Assembly (NCBI RefSeq): GCF_963921235.1
Contig: NC_086097.1
Span: 223,264,001 to 223,328,000, forward strand
Source: Mobula hypostoma
Taxonomy: Eukaryota
DNA: 64,000 nt
Reading direction: 5' to 3'
The notes under the pieces were generated by a model that saw nothing but the letters and a program-made list of their open reading frames with translations, was not told where the DNA came from and searched no databases. The position numbers and the translations under genes were made by a program. Positions 36,216 through 50,211 of this stretch are shown piece after piece (positions within the stretch are counted from its first letter, which is position 1; each line of letters begins with the position of its first letter).

Positions 36216-38621
36216 ATGTATGTATATTAGTCTTGTCAGACATCCAAACTTGTATTTAAAAAGCTTTGATTCTAATAACTCATATTTTGAATTTAGAATT
36301 TATGTAAGAACATCCAATGTTGCCACCAGAACTGAATATTTTCATGTTCTTAGCTTTCTCTTACAAAAAAGCGCAATCCATCTTCAGTTGACTACATTTT
36401 ACAAGTACTGCATACCAGTCAATAGTGATATTAAAAAACACTGTATATTCAGAATTCATCTGATACTCCATCTGACACAGCACACTACTGAATGCAATAC
36501 ATGCTTATATTTTCTTTTAGAAAACAAACCGAATTTACAATTCAAATTTTGTGTAGTATTTTATAATTGTATGAATTAGATTTGGTTCCTTCTAGTTGTA
36601 GTCTTTAAGTGTTGCAAAAATATTTTATTATAATTTCAGTTAGTCCCAGAATTACAATAGTTTTAACAATCATTATGTTCAGTTCTTCTTAGCACTTGTT
36701 GCCAAATGAAATCACTCACTGTCTTTCTAGATTCGTTCCCAGCCACTCAGCTCATTGCAGAACTCCTGTAAAGCTTGTCTATGTACATGATCTCTTTCTT
36801 TGTTGGCTTCTATAATACCTTCGTTGCTGGAAAAACATCTTTGCACTTGTCATCATTAAGATTGATGTTCCACCAACTAAGTCCACAGATCCTGTAAGTT
36901 CAAATTATGTGTTCAAAGCATTTTGACCTATGAACGTATTCATCACATTCTTCCAAATTATAAAATTCTCACTGACTTTGAACGGGAGACAATAAAAAAA
37001 ATTTTACTGTATAGCTGGCTTTGTTATATTTTTTAATGTCACTCCTCGGCATTCATTCCAAAGTTTTCAGCTACTTTTGTTTGCCCATTGCTGTGTCTGC
37101 AGTCAGCTTCCTTTTCCAGAGAATGGTGACCAGTACCACTCTGTGTCCAGCTGTCAGATAGATTGGTTTTCTTCTTCCCTTCAATGGGAAGTTCTTCACT
37201 TTGAAGGACAACAAAATCATCCTCAGGGTGTTGGCAAATTCAACACATTTGAAAGCAAATAGGTATGATATCAGGAGCTCTGACCAGAACCTAATGTGCA
37301 AAGTAATCTGCACTGACACACATTGTATTAGGAGATGAAATTATTAGCCTAGTATCAATACGGATGATTCCCTTGAATTCTAGATGTACTATATTTCCTA
37401 CTTTCCATCACCATATAACACTCTTTAATCATAAGATTTCTACAACTAAAATGAGTGAAAACAAAAGCTTTTAAGTTAATAAAATTTGAGAATATCACCA
37501 CAGTGCTAGAGAGAAATTTATTTAAAGAGTGTTACATTGTTACTGAATTGAAAGAGGGCGTATTAAACCTTATTTCAGACTAATTTCTATGCAGAATTTC
37601 AGTAATCCATTGCAATCTACCTTTGAATTATGTCTACATCTATTTCTTAATAAAGTGCAACACAAGGCTGTAAAGTCGTTGTGTTGTTTCACTGTTTCAG
37701 CAACTAAAATCACTGATTAACGCTGTGCTTTGTTCCATTTTGCAAATAGCTATAAATGTTCTGATTAAATCACCATCTGAAATGTGAAACCAACTCTTTT
37801 CTTGAAATGGACAATTGTGCAAAGGGGGCAACTCAATTATTTTAGATCATTGTTGACTGTAATGGCACAAATGAAATTCTAGACTAATTTGTGCTAATCT
37901 CCTTAGTTTTCAGCATATTGAACAATTTTCTGTAAGGAGCAGTTGCTCGAAGTTGTCATATGCTTTTAGAGTCTGATTGTATCATGACATTACTTTGTAT
38001 TATCTGTGTGCTCTGAAAAAGGAGCGTAAAATTTCCCCTCATCTTCAAAGAAAAGCTGATGTAACCTCTTAGAGGTGCCATCAAATTGACAAATGGATGC
38101 TGTGCAAACCTGTGCCTCCCACTGAAATCTGACCCCTGATTTACACAATATCATCCTGCAAGGAATGTTTAACTCCAGAGTAGAGTTCAGACCGATCTAT
38201 ATTAGGTAACATAATCCATCCATTATATATTTCTGCTTTAATTTAAAATGGAAAAATATGTAAAAAGAATAATTTATTCTGGTTCTATTTGCCAAACTAA
38301 TAATAAAAATGGGTCCAATGCAAGGTCGTTAATTAGTTACAGGCCACTAACATGATACAAAAAAATTGGTAAAGCCAAAATTCCTCTGTATTAGCAATGA
38401 TATACTTGTACAAATACCAAATTTATAGGTCTCTTAGTAAAGACTGATTAAATGAAATTCATTTTCTCTCTTTATTCAATGTCTACTGTAACCCCACAAA
38501 TTCTGATTCAACTTTTGTTCTGTTCATATAAGAACTTACATTGTATTGATCTTTGTTCTAAATTTCTCCCCAAAATATTTTCCTCTGGCTACTCTGATCC
38601 TTTCCAGTTCCTCTCCTTCAA

Positions 38622-38830
38622 TGCACACAAAATGATGGAGGAACACAGCAGGTCAGGCAACTTCTATGATAGGAAACTAACATTTGACATTTCAGACCAA
38701 GACCCTTAATCAGGTGTCTCGGCCTGACATGTCAACTGTTCATTTCTCTGCAAAGATGCTGCCTGACTTGTTGAATTCATCCTGCATTTAGCATGTGTTG
38801 CTCCCGACTTCCAGTATCTACGGTCTCCCT
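38622..38830. repeat. Foldback Penelope-pLTR-derived element (older)
   Basis: Inverted arms similar to 27206-27460. Confidence 0.65.
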
Positions 38831-41800
38831 TGGGTCTCAGTTTCTCTCCTTTGCGCTTCTTAAATGGTGACCAGATTGAGTAGAAAAGTATTAATAATCA
38901 AAGCACAGCCTTTGGAATTCAATTTAAGAACATGTCCTTCATCCTCTCCGGATCACTATGTTGTACCCTCAGTTTGCTGGATGTTGGCTATTTAGAGATT
39001 AAAATGACATTGCAATGAAGAATGTGTTTACAAGTTTAAAATCAAGACTAAACATAGGCTTTGATCATTAGCTTTCTCAGTTCTCACTAACATTTAGAAA
39101 GTTGGATTTTCACTGGGCCTTTCAATATGACTTAATACTACTAGATAAATAAAAAGAAAATCCCTATCCTACAAGTGCACTATTTGAAAACTGTTCAAAA
39201 GGGTTTACACTAGAAGAAATGGGTGCCATATGAGGTGTCAACAAAATTCTGTGAAATACACTAACTTTGTTTTTACTTTCCATTGGAAAATATTAAGATC
39301 TTCTAATTTTTTTTGTACTTTTCACTCTTTCCTTGGATAGGACTGGATAGATTTAGAGGTTAATTGGTTTTCTTTCTAAGTAATCTTTGATAACAGTTGT
39401 CTGGATGATTAGTTCTATTCAACACCTACACAATTGGCGGGGGGGGGGGTGAACTAGCATCAACTAATGGTGAATGTCTTGCTGGATGTCAGGATTAAGA
39501 GGTGGAGTTCCAGCCACAAGTCACAAGAACCACCTGGAGTCTGGTTCTAATTCTCCACCTTCTATCTGAGAGTTTCGAATACCTCTGGTAAACTAAAGAG
39601 TCAATCCAAGTTGAACTAATCACCTTATTATGTTAAGGTGCACCTCTAACATTCAATCAAGGTTTTATTTTACAGAGTAGATATTCTCATCCAACTTCAC
39701 TACAGAAATCATAAATCCTTTAATTACAGTCTAATTGTCCCTTTTCTTCCGAATATAAACAAATAATGCTGAAAGTACACAGGAGGTCTGTCAACATTTG
39801 AAAAGGAAAAAGCCGTTGGACATTTCAGACAAAAAGCCTTTGTCAGATCTGATAGAGCACCGACAGGCGAACCCCTTTGTAAGGCTAACCAAAACAAAGG
39901 AAGGGGCGGGGCAGGTAGAACAGCAGGAAAAGGTCCACAGTACAAATATACTAACTTCGTACGGGCTAGCTGATCACAGCCAGAGTAGAACTACTAATAC
40001 ATTTGGCTTCAGCACAAGAAGCTCAGGAAATAAAAATAATTAATAAAGGCTTTCAATGTTAATTGTCTCTTAACAACATTGACCAAAGTTTCCATTTTAA
40101 AATCATTCTTGGGACGTGGGCATTGCTAGCAAGGTTTTCTCCCTGAAAAATCCAATCCATTTTCTTTCAAGTGTTGACAGACCCGCTAGGATTTTTCAGA
40201 AGGGCAGATAAAAAAGAAAACCAAATGGTAATAGGGGTGACAGTACAGCTCTTGTCTCACAGTTCCTGCCATCCAGGGTCAGTGCTCTCTGCACAGAGCG
40301 GCTATCCTTTCCCGTGGGCAAGTAGGTTTCCTCTCACATCCCAAAGACACACGGGCTGGTATGCTCATTAGCCACTACAAATTATGAGTGAGTTCCTAAT
40401 GAGCGTAGAATTTGGAGTGAGATGATGGGAACGAGGGCAGAATCAAATGCTCTCGATTTGTGGAATAAGGATGGAATGTTTGTAAAAGTTCTGCAAGGAA
40501 GTGCATTTTCACTGCTTCATAAGAGCAGAGCACTCTATAATTAAATGATGTCAGTCATATATATGTAGGAGATGGGGTACACCCATTCTAGGGTCCCACT
40601 AACCACAATGAAATAAAGAAGGGAGAACTAATACCTTGGCTGTGCAAGGCAATTTAAATTTAACCTCCACCTTTATGGGTACACAAAATGCACATATATA
40701 ATGCACACATGAATAAAGATCCTTACTGCAAATGATGATAGTTAGACAGCCATTTGCCTTAGTGTGTCTTCACAATTCCTCCTTCCTGTTCCACCTGTGC
40801 CCACCCCTTACTGCCAGGGGATCACGAAATGAATTTTAGCTTTTAATGTTCCAAACATCTCCAGCAATAGCTTCCCTTCCTGCCTCCACCCCTTGAGCCT
40901 GTTTCGTTATCATAATGATTACTCAGGGCAGTGGGAGAATTTCCCTGTTTCAAATTGGAACAGCGGCTCACAATCCTACCTCGGAAACCTTTCATTGGGT
41001 CAAAATCTCAAGTTCCTTAACCAACAGCAACTTCAGACAACCTTGAGCACAAGGGCTGCAAGCAGTTCAAGGCTCTGGCTCATAAGTACTTTCCATTACA
41101 GTTAGGGACACATAAGGTCTCACAAATGATGCTCACATCCTGTGAATAAAAGCGTACACCCTCCATGCATCTTTTTAAAAATTAAAACTGCTCACTTGTA
41201 TATTATTCTAATTTTTCTATGAAATTATTGGATCACAAAAGACAAATATAAGTGAACTGAAATGAATCTTGTGACAGATTTGCGCTGACATTGTTTCATC
41301 TTGTTATACGGTATTTTAGTATTGACTGTGCACTAGAGCGAGGAAAAAAAAACAAGCTTTCTCGTCCTTGATAAGAAGACTCCATTTGACAAAGTATAGC
41401 ATCAAACAGCCTTTTTAAAACTAATGCCAATGGGAATCAAGAGGAAAAAATCTCCACTGTTCAACAGCCAAAGGATATTATTCAATTATATAAATGTTAT
41501 TCAAACATTTTCTTTTAACAAATTCCTCTTAAAATTTATTGTCACATCAATATCTCCATGTGCTTCACTTATATCAACATGCCAAGACCCTTTATTAGGA
41601 CTGGAATGGAAGGGGAGGATATCAGCAGATCAGGCAGCATCTGTGAAGAGAAATGCATTGTCAATATTTTGGATCGAGGCACTCAATCAGGACTGGAAAG
41701 AAAGAAAAGCTAGTTAGTGTAAAAAGGTGAGGGTAAGGGGCAGAGCAAGAGCTGGTGGGTGATTCGTTGATCCATGTGGGTGGGGGGTGAGAGGGAAGGA

Positions 41801-42295
41801 GGAGTGTGGGAATGATGCAAGCAGCTGGGAGATGACAGGTAGAAGTGATAAAGGACTGAAGATGGAATATTGATAGAATGAAGGGATAGGTAAATAGGGG
41901 GAAAAACAGAGGACAATGATTCATTAATGATCAATCACCTTGTAAGCGCCTTAGCTAACTGCTTTGGACAAGTTTGGACAAGTTAGAAAGAAGCTTTACC
42001 CAGCAGCCGGTGATGTACCAGTCATTGTTGTCTAAAGATAGGCAAAGGCTCAAATAAGGAACTATCTGATCTTGCAGAAGCAGCTCAAAGTATAGCTAAA
42101 TATGGGAAGAGTAGTGTAGGGGCTAGAATGTTCAAGAAAAGGGGAAGGGTCCGAATGAGGAACTGATGGGCTGGCTTTGGCTTAAAATAATTATAACTAA
42201 CTGACCAATGTTATCTTACATCTCATTGTATCTTAGCATGTGATTGAAATGATTCTAATATTGTCTAAACTTGTAATCGTAAGATTCCCTGCTAC

Positions 42296-42810
42296 CTGAT
42301 CAATGTTATGAATTGTGGAGAACTGTGTAATTCAGGGCAGTCTCCGTCTGTCAGTGTATTTGTGGTACAACTGCTATTGCATCGGGTCCGATCGAGTATG
42401 GCAATATGATATAGAAGACAGTAGACCATGGAATAAGCAAGAGGTTCAAATCTGCAACTACTTGTGACACAGCAAATGGCAAGCATGAGTTGCAAGTTAA
42501 ACATGTCCACGACAGTTTGCCAAGTAGGGTATATTTATTCCTGAGTGGTCCGAGTAGCACCATTTAATCACCCCACTGGTACTTAAACAGTACTTCTGCT
42601 ACCTGGATCACTCTGGAATAATACCTGTGGCAGCCTGGATTTTATTGAATACAGTATGTGCAACTCATGAGAATGCGGAAGCTGTGCACTCAAGTCATGA
42701 TCCATACCGTCAGTGAACAGCACTTGCTGTCCAGTGACCAACCACTGTTTGCTTTCCTTCCTTATCTACAGTCTGCATAGTAAAATGCTGCTGGATGTCC
42801 GGATAATGAC
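42296..42810 (-). pseudogene. Exon with four stops (VIIRTSSSILL...QTVVDMFNLQLMLAI...FEPLAYSMVYCLLY...FITLIR)
   Basis: Acceptor atgtttgcag|GTC; donor AG|gtagca; 515 nt, phase 0 to 2, matching the next exon. Resembles GREB1 VLLRVPCS...QTYLELEGLPCILIF...GESLPRSLRYCDLR. Confidence 0.75.
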
Positions 42811-43651
42811 CTGCAAACATTACTGCCTAATGCCACACAATACCAAGATGGTCAAACAGTACTATCCCTTTCAAAGCACCATACACAAAAAGGCAGCATC
42901 TATGGAGAAGAGTAAACAGTTGACGTTTCAGGCCAAGACCTTCAATTAGGACTGGAATGGAAGGGGAGAAGTCAGAATAAGAAGCTGGGGGAGGGGAGGA
43001 AGAAGTGAAAGGTGGTGATAGGTGAAATAAAGAGCTGGGAAGTTGATTGGTGAAAGAGATAAAGGGCTGGAGAGGGGGAACGTGATAGGAGAGGGTAGAA
43101 GACCATGGAAGAAAGGGAAGGGAGTTCAGTTCAGTTGTCTCTCAGAGCTGGTATCCAATGGTATGAAATCTATTCACTTGACAGTACAATGCACTCTCCA
43201 GTGTCCTTGGATCTCAAAGACCACATGCTATTGCTCACAAGGAGAAAAGAATGGCTCCCTTACACCACGAGGATCAATTAGTTGCAAGTATCTCCAGCTC
43301 AGGACAAAGATCAACCGTGGCTATTGCTCTGTGCTGGTAAACAATTTAAATGCAGCAGGCATTACACTTCCAAAAAAACATTCTTACATGTATATTTTAG
43401 GTGTGGCTGCTTGCTATATTTGAGAGGAATTGTGTTCTGAGCTTCCTAAACACTTTTTTTTTGAGAGCCCAAAGTGAGACAAATTCCTTCGGCACCTGAC
43501 AGATTGCACCCTGTAGATGTTGCAGTTTTAATGATCTTTTGAACATCCATCGACTCTGCCACTGGAACATTTTTCAAACTGGCATTGAGCGAGATCATCA
43601 GCTGGATGATTGTGCTTCAAAGTGGCAATCCCGGCATGTTTAACATCTCAT

Positions 43652-43850
43652 ACAAGAGAAAATCTGCAGATGCTGGAAATCCAAGCAACACACACAAAAT
43701 GCTGGAGGAACTCAGCAGGCCAGACAGCATTTATGGAAAAGAGTAAACAGTCAATGTTTCGGGCCGAGAGAGGGCCCGAAACGTCGTCTGTTTGCTATTT
43801 TCCATAGACATTGCCTGGCCTGCTGAATTCCTCCAGCGTTTTGTGTGTGA
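43652..43850. repeat. Foldback Penelope-pLTR-derived element
   Basis: cacacaaaatgctggaggaactcagcaggccag ... ctggcctgctgaattcctccagcgttttgtgtg. Confidence 0.75.
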
Positions 43851-44719
43851 TGTTTAAATCTACCTACTCTGCACAGTTCCAGTGGATATTGGCTGTGCAC
43901 ATGTGCTAACATGCTCATTAATAATGCTACTGATATTCCTTGCCAGATATATATCTGAATGCACATCCAACATCAATTTGGAACAGAAGTAGAATTTGAA
44001 TGTGTCATTGGTCTGAATTTTTCACCCAAACATGATAGCTGAGAATGCCAAAGGAGTTAAAACAATAGCTAAATTCAGTCGGAATAGATTGTAGCATATA
44101 TGCTTGGGTAACAAGCCAAAGAACTGAGCACCAAGAACAATATCAAGTACATTTAAGAGGAACGGTGATTGAGAACATTTACCCATTTAGGATAGGCTTT
44201 TGAAGAAGCAAATGGCTATTTGGACTGCTATTTGGAACTTTCTGAACTCAGCCTAAGTTTGTTAAAGTGTTTTCAGAATATAAAAATCATGTTGTGTTCC
44301 TAATATTAACTAAGAGAACTTTTCTCTAAATGTGCTTAAGTACCAATGTACAAACTAACAGCCACCATATATCAAATTCTGCCAGAATGCAATAGATTAG
44401 GTTGTTATTGTTTTCATTTCCAGTATAAACAGAGTCAAAGTTATATTGAAAGTTTAAGGCAATTAGACTTGCTTAGAGAACTTCAAGATAATCTCTAAGA
44501 TTTTATTCAGAAAAATGGGAAATCTAATCTAAGTAATTAGTTTTCTGCATTACATTGTTAAAACATATGTTACAAATGCTGGGACCTCCAAAGTTGCCCG
44601 ATGTTTGATGCTCAGCAGACCAGAACATTGCTTTCTCTGGACAGGCTGGCCCCTCAGTCTCTACTGAGAGCAGTGGCATGTGTCTCTATGGACAGGAATA
44701 CCTGCCTCCACTAAATTGC

Positions 44720-45950
44720 GATTCCTGATTTGGGAGCAGGAAGATAGCAAATGGAATTATTTTGAGGAAATTACAGGAAGGATAGACAAATGAGAGTCAC
44801 TGGATGTTGTTTACTTGGATTTTTAGAAGGTCTTTGACAAGGTGACACATGAGGCTGCTTAACAAACTGCAAGCCCATGGTACTACAGGAATGATATCAG
44901 CATGGACAGAAGATTGGCTGACTGGCAGGAGGCAAAGAGTGGGAATAAAGGGGGCCTTTTGTGGTTGGCTGCCAGGGACTAGTGATGTGCCACAGGGGTC
45001 AGTATTAGGATGACTTGTTTTCATATGCTAACAATTTAGATGATGGATTTGATGGCTTTGTGGCCAAGTCTGCAGGCAATATGAAGATAAGTGGAAGGAC
45101 AGGTTGTCTTGAGGAAGCGGGGAGTCCGCAGAAGGACTTAGACGTATTGGGAGAATAGACAAAGAAGTGGCTGGTGCAAAGACGTAGACTATTTTCTAAA
45201 CTGGGACAAAATTCAAAAATCAGAGGTGCAAAGAGACTTGGGAGTCCTTGGGCAGGATTCCCTAAAGATTAACTTGCAGGCCAAGTCAATATTAAGGAAG
45301 GCAGATACAATGTTAGTTTTTATTTCGAGAGAACTTCAATATTACAGCAAAGTTGTAATGTTGAGTCTTTATAAGGCATTGGTCAGACTGCACTTGGTGT
45401 ATTGTGAGCAGTTTTGGGTCCCTTAGCGAAGAAAAGGTGTGCTGGCGTTGAAGTGGTCCAGAGAAGATGCATGAGAATGACTGTGGAAATGAAAAGGTTA
45501 GCGTATGAACAGCATTTGATAGCTCTGGGCCTGTATTCACTGGTGTTTAGAAGAATGGGGGGGGGGAGGGAAAAGGAGATCTATTGAAACCCATCAAATA
45601 TTGAAAGGCTAGAGCTAGAGTGGATGTGGGGAGGACATTTCCTATAGTAGGTGAATCTAAAATTAGAGAGCACAGCCTTAGAAGAGAGGGATGTCCATTT
45701 AGAACACAGATGAGGAGGAATTCTTTAGCCAGATGGTAGTGAATCTGTGGAATTCATTGCAACAGATGGCTGTGGAGGCCAAATCATTGAATATATTTAA
45801 AGCGGAGGTTGGTAGGTTCTTATTTAGTCAGGGCATCAAAGGTTATGGAGAGAAGGCAAGAGAATAAGGTTGAGAGGGATAATAAATTAGCGATGATGGA
45901 ATAGCGGAATAGACTTGATAGGCTAAATGGTCTAATTCTGCTCCTATGTT
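44720..45950 (+). mobile_element. Degraded CR1 LINE (RT and 3' end)
   Basis: DVVYLDF.K.FDKV, VPQGSVLG and ORF 45226..45426. Confidence 0.85.
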
Positions 45951-46594
45951 TGTACCGAAACTCTTGCCAGGTTCTTGTGAAAAGTACAGGACAATGTTGC
46001 ACCTTTTCAATCAGGACCTCCCTTTGGCTGTATATCATTAGAATCGTGGCAGCACTGTGATTTTCATCTGCTTTTTCTGGCTCTTCAGCAAACTGATTGC
46101 TCCATTCTTCTCGGATATTTCTGAATTCTCAGAAACTGGGCAGAAGAGGAGTGGCATTTCATTTCACTGCGATGACGGGCTTATTTCCATAGATTCCCCT
46201 AATTAGTATCTCGTATTTTTTTTTTTTAGCTTATTTGTGATACCCCCAGAAAATCTGTAGGAAGTTTTGTCCGGGAACCCTAAAAGTAGTAATGACTGTG
46301 TTTATGTTACCACAAATGGAATTATAAGCCAAACGCAAGATATGTGTGGTTACATTGCCTGTTGCATAATTCAAAATTATTCAGTTTTTGAAAATTAACT
46401 CTATAAACATCTTGCATATGTAATTAAAAAGCTAGCAATACTGGGTTCAAATAAATTGCATATTAACATATACCAAAACTGAATGTAAGCAGCTAACTCA
46501 CATCACAACACTTCTTAATTATGACAAGATTTTACTGGGATGGAATCAATTGGATATAACAAATTCCTAGTTTTTCTTGTCATATATCCAAAAT

Positions 46595-47374
46595 CAAAAA
46601 GCGCCCTTCAAATGGCCAACTGATTACATCCGCCTTGAATGTTTGAAACTGTTGAGGGGAAACAGCTTTGATGACAGGATGCAATATTTACTAATAACAA
46701 ACTAAAGAATGTTTAAATACTTCTCAAAACTTGCATGCATTGATTCAAATTTCTGACTTGCAAGCTTGTCCCAAAACTGCAATTATTTGCTGCAATCATA
46801 ACACTGGAGCACAAGATCTTCTGATAGTGATGGTGTTTACAGCGCCTCTGACATGATAATCCTTTGCTAGCATAGAAATGTTTCTTCTGCGGATTGCATT
46901 CTGCGGAAGATGTACTTCTGATACATGCACAACTTTAATTTTTTTAAATTCCACTCTGACACAGATTTGCATTGTTCCAGTTTTCTCCTCCTAAAGTAAT
47001 GTTAAGTCATATGCTGGGCATTCCTTTAACTGGAGCAGACTTTTTTTTAAAGACAGCTCATGCCAGAATGAAAAGATTTCAACAGCTGCTGTCTTGGTGA
47101 CATTAAGGACCCCATCGGAGGTGTCCTGCAGCACTAATGTCTTAGAAGTGTTTAAAGGAAACTTCAAACAATCTGCATCCAGTAGGCGGTAGAAAGCTCA
47201 CCACAGGGTTCATTTGAAGACCAGTCCGGCAGTCACTCAGTCATGAATCAGAACTGTCAGTGACTGTCCAGTTAATAAACAGGTGTCAATGGTCCGTGAA
47301 ACAAACTTAGTCTATTGCCTCTACTGAACAAGACTTTACATTATCCCTTATTGATATTTCAATATTATTGCCGT
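46595..47374 (-). pseudogene. Exon with Walker-B-like LTVLIHD motif, stops and frameshift(s)
   Basis: Strong acceptor cttcttctctttcatcataatatag|AC. Reads EAID/KFVSRTIDTCLLTGQSLTVLIHD*...AFYRLLDADCLKFPLNTSKTLVLQDTS, versus GREB1 EAQTKF...LFVLIHD...DRLLNCREVKEAPNIVTLHVTS. +1 shift at 47309. 3' boundary approximate because no intact donor was seen. Confidence 0.7.
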
Positions 47375-48219
47375 CTATATTATGATGAAAGAGAAGAAGT
47401 GAACTGTTATTACAAATATATACTGCCATGTAGCACTGATTGGGGAGTACACTGCTAATTATTTTTTCAGCTTTGGGATGGGGGCTGGGATAGAATTATG
47501 AATCGATTTAAGTAGGAACAAAAGTGAGAAGTATCAGAAGTATCAGTGTTGTGCATGGGATCTGCAGTTTTGTAGTCAGCGAGAATGACTGAATCCAGTT
47601 GCCACTATGATACCGATAGTGGAGTACATTAAAATATCCAGCACCTTAGCATTTTGGTGCTGACCTATTGCACGTTCTTCATATTAATACTAAGACCACT
47701 TGTAATTAAATTTTTTAAAAATGCAAACCAATTGTAAATTACTATTTTCAGAGAACTGGATGAGTATGAAGAGATGGGGGTGGAGAACAAAATCTGGTAA
47801 AGTTAAAGGGAGCACAGGAAACGGGGAACCAGGGAGTACAAAATGAATATGGGAAATGGGACCCCAGTGAGTTTAAAAATGTGGGAAACCAGAGCAACAG
47901 AGAGTTTATAAGGAACATAAGAATTGGGCCTTGTTACGTTTCCAAGGAATGCTGGATACAGGGCTCCAGTGAGTTTTTGTGGAACAAGTGAACAGGACCC
48001 CAGTGAGTTTAAAGGGATCAAGGGTAATAAAAGCCAGAGGGACAGATGCCGAACCATTGGGATTTCTGAACAACCAGACAAGATTATTGAAATTTTAATG
48101 TAAAAGAAAGCTTACTTTCTGTCCTCTCAATTAGTTATCATGATCCTTGGGCAGGTCATGTCACCTTAAAACAAAAATATTAGGTGCACTAATCAAAATA
48201 AATAACGATAGTTTGACTA

Positions 48220-49425
48220 ACAACTCCTGCCTGAGGAGTGATCCACTCCAATTTACCTACCGTCACATTGGGTCAACAGCAGATGCCATTTCATTGGCTC
48301 TTCACTCAACCCTGGAACATCTGGACAGTGTAGGTACATATAGTACATCAGGAAGCTTTTCATTAACTATAGCTCAGCAATTAGTACTATCATCCCCTCA
48401 AAACTGATCAATAAGCTTCATGACCTAGGCCTCAATTCCTCCTTGTGCAATTGGATCCTCGATTTCCTCACTTGCGGACCCCAGTCAGTTTGGGTTGACA
48501 CCATCACCTCCTTCACAATTACCATCAACACAGGGGCACCACAAAGCTGCATGCTTAGCCCCCTGCTCTACTCGCTTTATACTTATGACTGTGATGCCAA
48601 GTACAGCTCCAATGTATTCAATAAGTTTGCTGATGACACCAATCTCATTGGGCGAATCAAAGGTGGTGAGAAATCAGCATATAGGAGGGAGACTGAAAAT
48701 CTGGCTGAATGGTGCCACATCAACAACCTCTCACTTAATGTCAGCAAGACCAAGGAGCTGATTATTGACTACAGGAGGAGGAAACTGAAGGTTCATAAAC
48801 CAGTCCTCATCAGGGAATCAGAGGTGGAGAAGGTCAGCAACTTTAAATTTCTCGGTGTTATCATTTCGGGGATCTGCCCCGAGTCCAGCATGTGAGTGCC
48901 ATTAGAAAGAAAGCACGGCAGCACCTCTATTTTCTTAAAAATTTACGTAGATTCAGCATGTCATCTAAAATTCTGACAAACTTCTAAAGATGTGTGGTGA
49001 AGTGTATATTGACGGGTTGCATCATGGCCTGGTATGGAAACACCAATGTCCTTGAAGGGAAAACCCAACAAAAAGTCATGGATATAGCCCAGTCCATCAT
49101 GAGTAAAGCCCTCCCCACCATTGATTATATCTATGTACCTGGAGCTCTGTCGCAGGAAAGTAGCATCCATTGTCAGGGACCCCACCATCCAGGCCAAGCT
49201 CTCTGCTTGCTGCTGCCATTAAGAGGGGGACATAGGAGCCTTAGGATCCACACCAGTGGCTTCAAGAACAGTTATTACCCCTCAATCATCAGGTTCTTGA
49301 ACCAGAGCAGATAACTTCTTTCACCCCAACAAAGAACGATACCCAAAACCTATGGACTTACTTTCAAGGACTCTTCAACTTATGTTTTCAATATTTATTG
49401 CTTAGTTATTTATTATTATTTTTTG
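48220..49425 (+). mobile_element. Degraded Rex1-like LINE
   Basis: ORFs 48443..48895 ([16 protein letters not shown]) and 48994..49314. Confidence 0.85.
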
Positions 49426-49565
49426 CTTGGAACCAAGTAGAATATCAGCATAAAATATTAACAAGTAACGATGAATGAATGTTTATCCACTCATTTGGTC
49501 ATCTTTCCATTACTTCACCTACCTCAACTAGTCCTATCATTGAAGTAAATATCTGGATCTATTTA

Positions 49566-50211
49566 CAGGTTGAGCACTTCTCAAATGAAATGCTTAGGGC
49601 CGGAAGTGTTTCAGATTTCAGAAATTTTCAAATTGGGGAATATTTGCACCTGTATAATGAGATACCTTGGGGATGGGACCCAAGGCTAAACACAAAATCC
49701 CTTTACGTTACAAATACAGCTTATACATATACCTTGAATGTAGTTTTATATAATAGTTTAATAATTTTGTGCAGGAAGGTAAGCTATCGCTACCTTGGTC
49801 ACACATGTGGACAGTCATTGGTTATTTGGCATCACCATCATTTCTGACTAGGAATTTATGTGCTACTGGCAAGTAGTCTCCATCTTGCACTTGTTCATCC
49901 CACATATGTACTGATGCAGCCGTTCAGTGTGTTGGATTTTCATCCGTGACAATCTTCGCAAATTCAGCAATTAATTTCACTGCTGCTTCATGATCAACAG
50001 ATGCTTTGTCACCACAAATCTTTAAAAATGTACTGCTGTGCCTTTTTCTTCAATTTCTGCAACCAGCCTGCTGAATATTCACAATTAGCTTCAATGTTCA
50101 GTTCGTCATGACAGATCTGTGCTTGTTTCATGTAGCTTACCATAAGCAGCGTCATGCCAGCACTCAAAAAACTTCATCTTTTGGATTTTTAGGTGAGGGG
50201 TGCTCAATCTG
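49566..50211 (-). mobile_element. Tigger/pogo internal-deletion element
   Basis: TA-flanked TIRs caggttgagcac / gtgctcaatctg. Minus-strand remnant EYSAGWLQKLKK..KICGDKAS (CENP-B-type HTH). Confidence 0.8.

Larger units (their letters stand above)
34239..38155 (-). pseudogene. Very large decayed exon (starts MILCKSGVRFQWEAQVC...LHQLFFEDEGKFYAPFSE), interrupted by two TEs
   Basis: Acceptor cattccttgcag|G in phase 2. Protein-like hydrophilic stretches with stops and frameshifts, e.g. HPEDDFVVLQSEELPIEGKKK near 37200. Candidate donor TG|gtatgt at 34239. May be more than one exon. Confidence 0.5.

Noticed and set aside
42296..42808. Alternative frame with ubiquitin-like KIQAATGIIPE
   Set aside because: That frame has more than twice as many stops and the wrong exit phase. 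The chosen frame matches GREB1-like motifs.
47810..48060. Three spaced copies of ccagtgagttt as a CRISPR-like or regulatory array
   Set aside because: Irregular spacing, degenerate units and eukaryotic context indicate a decayed minisatellite.
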